Source: Chthoniobacteraceae bacterium (GTDB lineage Bacteria > Verrucomicrobiota > Verrucomicrobiia > Chthoniobacterales > Chthoniobacteraceae). Taken from it: a stretch of 26,246 bases of DNA. The notes under the pieces were generated by a model. The model worked only from the letters and a program-made list of their open reading frames with translations. It searched no databases and was not told where the DNA came from. How positions within the stretch are numbered: the first letter of the stretch is position 1; each line of letters begins with the position of its first letter. Both the position numbers and the translations under genes were made by a program. Positions 6,443 through 15,000 of the stretch are shown here, in pieces. The DNA lies in assembly GCA_031409655.1 (NCBI GenBank), contig JANNXQ010000109.1, forward strand, positions 1 to 26,246. Direction: 5' to 3'.

Positions 6443-7507
6443 TCACGGCAGCCGTTCGACGAACAAGCCTCCGTCCGCTCCTTCCCACGCGAGGTAACAG
6501 ACTCCAGCGGCATTGCTGGCGATGGCCGGGGCGCGGCCCTTGGCGATGGCTTTCGCGGGCTGGCCTGCGGTCGTCAGCATCACCTCGCCACTCTTCTCGT
6601 AGGCGATGACCATTCCGCTCTTGCCGCGTGCAAGCACCGGCTGCTGCGCGCTCGCAGCGAGGAGCGTTTCTGCCGCGCCGGGCGTGGCGGAATAGACCGT
6701 GCCTTCGCGTCGCCAGACAGTCGCGAGCGCGCCAGTAGCGTCGTAGCTGAGTGCGCCACCGTCCATCGGGCAGCCTTTCAGCGGCCAGCTTCCGGTGCCG
6801 AGCTTCTGCGGCTGGGGAAAGGTCTTGCCGCCATCGGTGCTGACCGCGGCCCACATGTCGCGCGCACCGCCGAGCCAGTTGCGCCACATCGCGGCGATTT
6901 CGCCTTTCGGGCCGAGAGCGACGCTCGGGTGGCAGCACTCGCAGATATGTCCATCGGGCGACGCATAGACGCGGGCCTCCGCCTCCCAGGTGCGCCCGCA
7001 GTCGCGTGAGACACGATTCCAAAGTTCCATGCCGCCGCTGCGCAGGTCGAGCCACGTCAGCGCCACGAGGCCACGCCCGTCGCCGGCCATTCCGTGCATG
7101 CCTTCGCGGGCGGACTTGGTCGCGGTATTGAGCGCCCCGCTGGCTTTCCACGAGCTGCCGTCATCGGTCGATGTCCAGCCATGCAGCGTGCCGGTGGTGT
7201 GGGAGATGGCGGTGATCGCGATGACGCCATCCGTGGCCACGATCCGCGGGCCGCGGCGCATCCGCAGGGCGAGCTTTTCGAGTTGCGCCACCTTCACCGG
7301 CGGGCGAAACGTGCGGCCGTCGTCGGAACTCGTGAAGTAGATCGCGTTCCCCGCGCCGAAGACGCCGTGAACTTTTCCGCTGGGCGCGACTGCGAGCTGT
7401 GGCTGGAGCGCATCGCGCAGCTCCCTGGGTGCGATCATGACCGGCTCGGCAGAGGCGGAAGCCACCAGGAGCAGCAGCAAAAGGAGGGAGAGGAAAAGCG
7501 GGCGCAT
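6443..7507 (-). CDS. Secreted BNR/Asp-box repeat (sialidase-fold) beta-propeller protein with Cys motifs
   Basis: Signal peptide MRPLFLSLLLLLLLVASASA. Asp-boxes SDDGRTF, TDDGSSW, SRDCGRTW, STDGGKTF. Motifs ICECCHP and GCPMDGG. Start placed at ATG 7507. Confidence 0.85.
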   Translation of the reverse strand: MRPLFLSLLLLLLLVASASAEPVMIAPRELRDALQPQLAVAPSGKVHGVFGAGNAIYFTSSDDGRTFRPPVKVAQLEKLALRMRRGPRIVATDGVIAITAISHTTGTLHGWTSTDDGSSWKASGALNTATKSAREGMHGMAGDGRGLVALTWLDLRSGGMELWNRVSRDCGRTWEAEARVYASPDGHICECCHPSVALGPKGEIAAMWRNWLGGARDMWAAVSTDGGKTFPQPQKLGTGSWPLKGCPMDGGALSYDATGALATVWRREGTVYSATPGAAETLLAASAQQPVLARGKSGMVIAYEKSGEVMLTTAGQPAKAIAKGRAPAIASNAAGVCYLAWEGADGGLFVERLP

Positions 7508-7512
7508 GGCGG

Positions 7513-7540
7513 ACGATAGCAAGATGCGCGGGGCTTTGAA
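7513..7540 (-). promoter_or_regulatory. Putative sigma70 extended -10 promoter for the BNR gene (near-leaderless)
   Basis: Minus strand reads TTCAAA-N16-TATCGT with TGn before the hexamer, 5 nt ahead of the ATG. Confidence 0.4.
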
Positions 7541-7579
7541 GGTGCGAATCTGCGGAGCGGAGGGATAGGTGAAAATTTT

Positions 7580-7607
7580 GCGAGGGTTTTTGCGAGGGGC
7601 GGTGTGT
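7580..7607 (+). promoter_or_regulatory. Putative ECF-sigma promoter, copy 1
   Basis: GCGAGGGTTTT...CGGTGTGT, with the same offset of 20 between boxes as the copy at 16991. Confidence 0.5.
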
Positions 7608-7677
7608 GAGGGGATGCGGACGGTTCCATGAGAGCAGCCCGCAAGAAAAAAAACGAAACCTCAAACCTAATACGAAA

Positions 7678-7926
7678 ATGAAAACGCTCGCCAAACTCAC
7701 CCTCGCCGCCCTGGCGATCACCACCCTCGGGACCACGACTCTCCTCGCCGGCCCCGGCCCCATCGGTCCGACCAATCGCCCCGGTGCGAAGCACACCCAC
7801 CCCGTGAAGGAGATGACCTGCGACCGGATGGTCGTGAACAAGCCGCCGCGTCTCGGTGGCACTGAGGTGGTGAAATGCACGCCGGCCATCAAGGACACCG
7901 CGGCTTGCCGGGTGGCCTGCCGGTAA
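7678..7926 (+). CDS. Small secreted Cys-containing protein (AGPG group, 82 aa)
   Basis: A-rich leader; signal peptide MKTLAKLTLAALAITTLGTTTLLA followed by GPGP; four Cys, ending CRVACR. Confidence 0.8.
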   Translation: MKTLAKLTLAALAITTLGTTTLLAGPGPIGPTNRPGAKHTHPVKEMTCDRMVVNKPPRLGGTEVVKCTPAIKDTAACRVACR

Positions 7927-7948
7927 CTCAGCCTCACGGCAATAGAGT

Positions 7949-7984
7949 CAGTGCCGGGTAGCTTCCAGTAAGCGCCCGGCACTG
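7949..7984 (+). terminator. Intergenic hairpin (partial terminator or mRNA stabiliser)
   Basis: CAGTGCCGGGTAGCTT pairs with AAGCGCCCGGCACTG; no U-tract. Confidence 0.45.
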
Positions 7985-8004
7985 GTCGTAACAAACCGAG
8001 ACCT

Positions 8005-8340
8005 ATGAATGACAACGATCCCATCCGCGAAAGGCTCCAGGCTTGGAAAGTCGAACCGACCGTCCCGAACCGCTTTCACGCTGATGTGTGGGCGCGGATT
8101 CGCGAGCGGGAAGAAGCGCGTGAGGCGACGATTGGGGCTGGTTTCCTCAACTGGCTCTTTCCTTCGCGAGCGACCTGGCAGCTTGCTGCGGTGACCGCCG
8201 CGGTCCTCATTGCAGCCGGCGCTGGCTTGGGGAATCTCACTGGCGCTTCGGCCAACGAGCGGAGCCGGGCCGACCTCGCGATGCGTTATGCGCAGGCTGT
8301 CGATCCTTACCTCCAGGTGAGCTTGCACTCCGCCAAATGA
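8005..8340 (+). CDS. Membrane anti-sigma factor (CnrY-like)
   Basis: Cytoplasmic N-terminus (LQAWKV.P..P.RF..DVW.RI), a single TM helix and a short periplasmic tail (YAQAVDP); first gene of the triad. Confidence 0.7.
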   Translation: MNDNDPIRERLQAWKVEPTVPNRFHADVWARIREREEAREATIGAGFLNWLFPSRATWQLAAVTAAVLIAAGAGLGNLTGASANERSRADLAMRYAQAVDPYLQVSLHSAK

Positions 8341-8813
8341 AACGCGCGCTCATCATCCTCCTCGCCGGACTCGCGCTCGGAGCGGCGACTTACTTTCTCT
8401 GCTTTCGCATGGCGACCCAGCCGATGCGGCAGGTGGCGTCGGTCGAGAATGAACTCGCCTGGCTGGCGATGGAGTTTCGCCTGACTCCCGAGCAGACGCA
8501 GCGAGTCGAGGCGCTCCATTCCGCCTACGAGCCGCGGTGCAAGGAGATGTGCCGCAAGATCGCGGAGAACAACGCGCAGCTCAACCGCTCGATCGCCGCA
8601 AAGCGGGAGTTCACGCCCGAGATGGATCGCCTGCTGCGCGCGAGCGCCGAGATCCAGATCGAGTGCCGCCGCGACATGCTCGCGCACATTTACGCGGTCG
8701 CCGCCGTCATGCCGCCTGAACAAGGCGAGCGCTACATCGGGCTGCTCAAGATGCAGGTGCTCCAGCCCGGCATCATTCATCCGCCGACCGCCGTCGCTCA
8801 CGCGCATGAATGA
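8337..8813 (+). CDS. Periplasmic heavy-metal sensor (CnrX/Metal_resist-like)
   Basis: N-terminal anchor, then WLAMEFRLTPEQ, LHSAYEPRCKEMC, MLAHIYAV and MPPEQ helical-hairpin motifs. Confidence 0.8.
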   Translation: MKRALIILLAGLALGAATYFLCFRMATQPMRQVASVENELAWLAMEFRLTPEQTQRVEALHSAYEPRCKEMCRKIAENNAQLNRSIAAKREFTPEMDRLLRASAEIQIECRRDMLAHIYAVAAVMPPEQGERYIGLLKMQVLQPGIIHPPTAVAHAHE

Positions 8814-9390
8814 CGCTTCCGCGGACGCCGACGTGGCCGCGATGCTGCGGCTGCACGACGGCGACGACCTCGCCCTCAACGAACTGATGAACCGCTGGCA
8901 ACAGCCGCTCGTGCGCTTCCTCTATCGCTATACCTTGAGCGAAGCGGACTCGCTTGATCTGGCGCAGGACACCTTTGTCCGCGTCTATGAGCACCGGGCG
9001 AAATACGATGCGCGCGGGAAGTTTTCGACCTGGCTTTACACCATCGCGACCAATCTCTGCCGCAACCATGCCCGCTGGAAGTCGCGGCACCCGACCGTCT
9101 CGATGGAGGTCGAGCTTTCCGCCAACTCCGACACCACGCTGGGCGAGCAGCTTCCCGACGCGAAGGCGACTCCCGCGCAGTCGGCGCAAACGGACGAACT
9201 CGCTGTCGCCGTGCGCGATGCGATCCAGACTCTGCCTGATGACCAGCGCACCGCGACGCTGCTTTATGAGTATGAAGACGCCGCCTACACAGACATCGCC
9301 AATCTGCTCGGCTGCTCGGTCAAAGCCGTGGAGAATAAGCTCTACCGCGCCCGCCAGTCGCTCCGCGAGAAACTTGCCCGCTGGCTCTGA
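8806..9390 (+). CDS. ECF RNA polymerase sigma factor (CnrH-like)
   Basis: Region 2 DLAQDTFVRVY and FSTWLYTIATNLCRN; region 4 YTDIANLLGCSVKAVENKLYRAR. Confidence 0.95.
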   Translation: MNDASADADVAAMLRLHDGDDLALNELMNRWQQPLVRFLYRYTLSEADSLDLAQDTFVRVYEHRAKYDARGKFSTWLYTIATNLCRNHARWKSRHPTVSMEVELSANSDTTLGEQLPDAKATPAQSAQTDELAVAVRDAIQTLPDDQRTATLLYEYEDAAYTDIANLLGCSVKAVENKLYRARQSLREKLARWL

Positions 9391-9468
9391 TTCATACAGC
9401 CAACTAGCTCCCGGCCAGCGAACTTCGTCGTTGATCAAACTCCAATTCTCCGCTCTCTCTTGCCTGTC

Positions 9469-9888
9469 GTGAAAGCTTTCCGCACACCCACCATCAGCCG
9501 CTTCCTCGTCGTTGCAGTGATGCTGTTGTCGTGGTTCGTCATCACGAATCACTGCGCTTTGGCGAGGATGCAGGCGCAGATGGCGGCGCAGGACGAGGCA
9601 GAGTGCTGCCACAAAAAGGGACAGGCATCTGAGAAGGAAGTGCCGTGTCAGGAAATGGCGCAGTGTTGCCAGGCGGTGAAGGCTTCGCTCTCCGGCAAGG
9701 CTGAGGTGAAGTTCGATGCGTCGAATTTTCAGATCCAGTACTTTGCGATTCTCCAAGTGCTGGCTGCGCAGAGCGCGCGTCCGGCTCAGGAACTGGTTTT
9801 CGATCACGGCCCTCCACGAGCGGTCTCGTTCGCGGAATCCGTGCTCCAGCGTAGCCTCCCCAGCCACGCTCCGCCCTTCGCGGCCTAA
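9469..9888 (+). CDS. Exported Cys-rich protein, candidate DUF2946/CutF/CruR-like regulatory leader
   Basis: N-terminal hydrophobic segment ending NHCALA; ECCH and PCQEMAQCCQ; C-terminal HGPPRA and SHAPPFAA. Start is GTG 9469 or TTG 9460. Confidence 0.7.
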   Translation: MKAFRTPTISRFLVVAVMLLSWFVITNHCALARMQAQMAAQDEAECCHKKGQASEKEVPCQEMAQCCQAVKASLSGKAEVKFDASNFQIQYFAILQVLAAQSARPAQELVFDHGPPRAVSFAESVLQRSLPSHAPPFAA

Positions 9889-10051
9889 CGACGCGCCGCC
9901 CGAGCTCGCGGGTCTCGGTGCCGTCGTTTTCTGACCTCTCCAGGTCGCGCTTTCGCGCGCCCTGAACCCTCCCGGCTTCGCGTTGCCTGCGCGCATTCGC
10001 CGGCCCACCTCGCAGGCATCAACAAACCAAAACCAGAAAGCAAAACATCCC

Positions 10052-10318
10052 ATGAAATCCATCGCACTCAGCCTCCTTGCCGTTGCTGCCATGCTCGGCA
10101 GCGTCGCCACCGCCAGCGCCGATAGCGGCGTGCCCAAGGACTACCCGCTCAAAAAATGCCCCGTCTCCGACGAGGAGTTTGGCGGCGGTATGACGCCCTT
10201 CAAGGTCACGCACGACGGCACCGACGTGTGGCTCTGCTGCAAGAAGTGCAAGAAAGGCTTCGATAAAGAACCCGCGAAATTCACCAAAATGGTGAAGGAC
10301 GCCGCAGCCAAGAAGTAA
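10052..10318 (+). CDS. Secreted YHS/TRASH-like metal-binding protein (88 aa)
   Basis: Signal peptide, then KCPVSDE...WLCCKKCKKGFDKEPAKF; A/C-rich leader before ATG 10052. Confidence 0.85.
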   Translation: MKSIALSLLAVAAMLGSVATASADSGVPKDYPLKKCPVSDEEFGGGMTPFKVTHDGTDVWLCCKKCKKGFDKEPAKFTKMVKDAAAKK

Positions 10319-10333
10319 CAGCGCCTGCTGCGC

Positions 10334-10363
10334 CGCGCCGTCCGGAAATTTCCGGGCGGCGCG
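10334..10363 (+). terminator. Intergenic palindrome/hairpin
   Basis: CGCGCCGTCCGGAAATTTCCGGGCGGCGCG, with the perfect core palindrome CCGGAAATTTCCGG. Confidence 0.45.
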
Positions 10364-10425
10364 AGCGCCTCGCGCTCCGTCGCAAACCAACGCTCTGCCT
10401 TCGCGGAGCCCATCCTTTCCAGCTT

Positions 10426-12033
10426 ATGAAACGCCTCGTCTTCACTCTCCTGCTCGTCGCCGCTGCTGCTGCCGGCGGCTGGTGGTTTGGCCGCCAGAGC
10501 CATTCGCACGGCACTGCCAGCGCCGCATCCGGCGAACGCAAGCCACTCTTTTACCAGAGCCCGATGCACCCGTGGATCAAGAGCGACAAGCCGGGCCAAT
10601 GCACCATCTGCGGCATGGACCTGTCGCCGGTCTATGAGTCGGCGCAGTCCTTTGATGCAGCAGCGAAAGACTTGGTGATCCTGCCGGCGGGCAGCCCGCG
10701 CGTGGCGGGCATCGCCAGCGCACCGGCGCAGAAGATGCCGCTCGTGCGCACTCTCCGCGTCGCGGGCATGGTCGATGACGATGCCACGCGGCACCGCTAC
10801 ATGGCGGCGACGATCAAAGGGCGCGTGGACAAGCTCTACGTGAACTTCGTCGGCGCGGAGGTCGAGGAAGGCCAGCCGCTCGCGGAGTTCTTCAGCCGCG
10901 AATTGCTCGCCGCGATTTCCGAATACAACCAGGCGGGCGGCGAAGTAAATTTGCGCCAGGCCGCGACGCTCAAGCTCCGGCAGATGGGACTGACGGAAAA
11001 GCAGATCGCCGAGTTGCCGAAGCGGGACCCGAAGAGTCTCACCGTGCAAATCCTCGCGCCGGTCAGCGGCACGGTCGTCGCGCAGGACGTTTTCGAGGGC
11101 AAGTGGGTCGAGGAAGGCGAGAAAATGCTGGAGATCGCGGACTTTCGGAAGATGTGGTTCAAGTTCGACGCCTACGAGCGCGACCTGCCGTGGCTGAAGC
11201 TCGGGCAAGAGGTGGAGATTCGCACGCCCTCGCATCCGGGCCGCGTCTTCAAAGCGCCGATCACTTTCATCGACCCGAACCTCGACGAGATCACCCGCAC
11301 CGCGAAGGTCCGCGTGGATCTCGACAACCCGCTCGTCGAGGAAAATGGCCGGATGCGCCGCACCTTCCTGCACCGGCTTTTTGCCGAGGCGAGCGTGCAG
11401 ATCGCCGCACCGGAGACGCTCGTCGTGCCGCGCACCGCGGTGCTCTGGCCGGGCGGCCAGCCGCGCGTCTTTGTGGACGAAGGCGAAGGTGCGTTCCGGC
11501 TGCGGCGGGTCACGCTCGGGCGCGAAGGCGACACGCATCTTGAAATCACCAGCGGCCTCGCCGCGGGGGACAAGGTGGTCGTGCGCGGCGGCGTCCTGCT
11601 CGATGGCCAGGCGCAGTTGCTCAACAATTACGAGGAGCCGCCCGCCGATGCGCCCGACGCCGCGCTGACCGCCGCGGATGTCTGTCCGGTCTCGGGCGAA
11701 AAGCTCGGCACGATGGGCAAGCCCTTCGTCCTCACTTACCAAGGCCGAGAGATTCAGCTTTGCTGCAAAGCGTGCAAACCGGACTTCGAGGCGGACCCGG
11801 CGAAGTATCTCGCGAAGCTCAAGAAGCCCGAAGCTGAGCCCGCACCGCCGCCGAAGGAGGCCGCCAAGCCAGGCGCCAGCGTTTGTCCCGTTTCCGGCGA
11901 AGCGCTCGGTTCGATGGGCAAGCCCTTCGTCTTCACGCACGCCGGCCACGACATCCAGCTCTGCTGCAAAACCTGCAAATCCGACTTCGAGGCCGAGCCC
12001 GCGAAGTATCTCGCGCCGCCCGCCAAATCCTGA
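10426..12033 (+). CDS. cusB: RND efflux periplasmic adaptor CusB/SilB with an N-terminal heavy-metal-binding domain and two C-terminal YHS/TRASH domains
   Basis: YQSPMHPWIKSDKPGQCTICGMDL; MFP core (G.VDKLYVNFVG, APVSGTV, FIDPNLDEITRTAKVR); two CPVSGE..CCK.CK repeats. Confidence 0.93.
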   Translation: MKRLVFTLLLVAAAAAGGWWFGRQSHSHGTASAASGERKPLFYQSPMHPWIKSDKPGQCTICGMDLSPVYESAQSFDAAAKDLVILPAGSPRVAGIASAPAQKMPLVRTLRVAGMVDDDATRHRYMAATIKGRVDKLYVNFVGAEVEEGQPLAEFFSRELLAAISEYNQAGGEVNLRQAATLKLRQMGLTEKQIAELPKRDPKSLTVQILAPVSGTVVAQDVFEGKWVEEGEKMLEIADFRKMWFKFDAYERDLPWLKLGQEVEIRTPSHPGRVFKAPITFIDPNLDEITRTAKVRVDLDNPLVEENGRMRRTFLHRLFAEASVQIAAPETLVVPRTAVLWPGGQPRVFVDEGEGAFRLRRVTLGREGDTHLEITSGLAAGDKVVVRGGVLLDGQAQLLNNYEEPPADAPDAALTAADVCPVSGEKLGTMGKPFVLTYQGREIQLCCKACKPDFEADPAKYLAKLKKPEAEPAPPPKEAAKPGASVCPVSGEALGSMGKPFVFTHAGHDIQLCCKTCKSDFEAEPAKYLAPPAKS

Positions 12034-12039
12034 CGTGCC

Positions 12040-15000
12040 ATGATCAACCGCTTCATCGAATGGTCGCTGCGGAACCGCTTCATCGTCGCGTGCTTCACGC
12101 TCGTGCTCGTCGGCCTCGGCGTGCGCGCATTGCTCCGAACGCCGGTCGATGCCATTCCCGACCTGACGGAGAATCAGGTGATCGTCTTCGCCGACTGGAC
12201 CGGACGCTCGCCGCAGGAGGTCGAAGATCAGGTCACGTATCCGCTGACCGTGAATCTCCAGGGCCTCGCCGGCGTGAAGACGGTGCGCGCGACGAGCATG
12301 TTCGGCTTCTCGCTCATCACGGTCATTTTCAAGGACGAGACTGATCCCTACTTCGCCCGCCAGCGCGTGCTGGAGCGACTGAACTATCTCAGCGGCACGC
12401 TCCCCGACGGCGTGGTGCCAAAGCTCGGCCCTGACGCCACCGGCCTCGGCTGGGTCTATCAGTATTACCTCGCCGTCGATCCCGCGAAGGCACCGCAAGG
12501 CGGCTACGACCTCGCGTATCTGCGCGGCGTGCAGGACTGGTTCATCCGCTACCAGCTCAACTCCGTGCCCGGCGTCGCCGAAGTCGGCAGCATCGGCGGT
12601 TTCGTGAAGCAATATCAGGTCGAAGTTTCCTCCGCGAAACTGCGCGACCGCGGCATCCCGCTCACGATGGTCATGGAGGCGCTGCGCAAATCGAACCTCA
12701 ATATCGGCGGCAAAACCGTGGAGGAAAACGGCATGGAGTTCGTCGTGCGCGGCCTCGGCTTGGTGAAAGAAACCGCCGACCTCGAAGACATCGTGCTGAT
12801 GAAACAGAACGGCACGCCCGTCTTTTTGCGCGATGTGGCGCGGATCGAAGTCGGCGGCGACTTCCGCCGCGGCGCGCTCGATGTGAACGGTCGCGAAGTC
12901 GTCGGCGGCACCGTGGTCATGCGTTCCGGCGAAAATGCCCGTGCCGTCATCGCGGATGTGAAAACGAAGATCGCGCAGCTTTCTCCCACCCTACCCGTCG
13001 GCGTGACGATCAAACCGTTCTACGACCGCAGCGATCTCATCGACCGCACCATCGGCACGCTCAAGCACGCGCTCATCGAGGAGATCATCCTCGTCACGCT
13101 CGCGCACGTCATCTTCCTCTTCCATTTCCGCAGCATCCTCATCGTCACCTTTCCGCTGCCGGCGAGCATCCTCATCGCGTTCCTGCTCATGAATGTGTTC
13201 GGCATCACGTCGAATATCATGAGCCTCTCGGGCCTCATCATCGCCATCGGCGTGCTCGTCGATGCGGGCATCGTCATCACGGAAAATGTCATCCGGCATT
13301 GCGAAACCGAGGAGCACCGGCTCAAGCGGCGGCTGACCCGCGAGGAGACGATGGCCTGCACGCTCGCCGCGTCGCGCCAGGTCGGGCGACCCATCTTTTT
13401 CGCGATGGCGATCATCCTTCTCTCGTTCCTGCCGGTCTTCGCGCTGCAAGGACAGGACGGGAAGCTCTTCCACCCGCTCGCCTTCACGAAGACCTTCGCG
13501 CTCATTGGCTCGACCGTGCTCGCGGTCAGCGCTGTGCCGGTGCTGTGCAGCTTCCTCATTCGCGGGCCGTTTCACAGCGAGGACAAAAACTACGTGATGC
13601 GTTTCCTCATGCGCATCTACGAGCCGTCGCTCGATTGGGCGCTGAATCACCGGAAGACCGTGCTCATCATCGCCGCGAGCCTGCTCGCGCTTTCGCAGAT
13701 CATGTTCTGGGGCCTGCCGAAAGCGGTCGTCGCGCAGCTCGATGGCGTGCCCGCGCTGCAAAGGCTCGTTGCCGGAATTGGCAGCGAACACATGCCGAAG
13801 CTGAACGAAGGCAGCCTGCTTTTCATGCCCGTGCTTTCGCCCGCGACTTCGCTCGGCGAGATCAATCGCGTGATGGCGTGGCAGGATGAAATTTTCGCCA
13901 GCTTCCCCGAAGTCGCGCTCGCCGCCGGTAAACTCGGCCGCGCCGAGACAGCCACCGATCCCGCGCCCGTCGAGATGATCGAGACGACGATCACGCTCAA
14001 GCCGAAGGACCAATGGCGGCCCGGCATGACGCTCGCGAAGCTCAAGGACGAGATGGCGCAGAAGCTCATGCAAGTGCCCGGCTTCGTGCCCGGCGGATTT
14101 CTCCAACCGATCGAAAACCGCATCCTGATGATCTCCACCGGCATCCGCGCGCAGCTCGGCGTGAAGATCCTCGGCGACAATCTGGAGGCGCTGCAAAAGA
14201 AAGCCTTCGAGGTCGAGCGCCTCGTCCGCACCGTGCCCGGCGCGAATGGCGTCGCCGTCTCGCGCGTGGTCGGCAAGCCCTACGTCGAAATCATCCCGAA
14301 CCGCAAAACCATCGCCCGCTACGGCCTCGCGATGGAAGACGTGCTGCGCGTCGCCGAAGTCGGCCTCGGCGGTGTGCCGGTGACGACCGTGATCGAAGGC
14401 CGCGAGCGTTATTCCATCTCGCTCCGGCTCGAACGCGGGGAACGCGACGATCTCACCCGCATCGGCGAACTGCTCATCCCGCTCCCGCTCGATGGCGCGA
14501 TGACTCCCGCCGCCGCTGCACCCGCCGGCGGCGCGATGGGTGGAGGCATGGGCGGCGGCGCAACGAGCGGAGGCAGCATGGCCGCGGCGACGCGGGCCGC
14601 CGGTGCCGTGCCGCTCGGGCAGATCGCGGAGATTCGGCGCGTCACCGGCCCGAACGAAATCGCCAGCGAGAACGGCCGCCTCCGTGTCTTCGTGCAGGCG
14701 AATGTGCAAGGCCGCGACCTCGGCAGCTTCGTCGAGGAAGTGAAGGAGCGCGTGGCGAAGGAGATCGTGCCAAACCTCGCGCCGGGCATGACGGTCGAAT
14801 ACTCCGGCGAGTTCGAGAACCAGATCGCCTTCATGAAGACGATGGCGCTCGTCGTGCCGCTCGCGCTCTTCATCATCTTCGTCCTGCTCTTCATCATCTA
14901 CGGCTCGGCGAAGGAAGCCGCGCACGTCATCCTCGCCGTCCCCTTCGCGCTGAGCGGCAGCGTGTTTCTGCAATACGCCCTCGGCTTCCCGTTCACTGCC

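Noticed and set aside
6929..6943. CECCH in the BNR protein as a c-type heme CxxCH site
   Set aside because: It is only a formal match within a propeller loop with a third Cys and no cytochrome context. The AGPG proteins have CxxC but no CxxCH.
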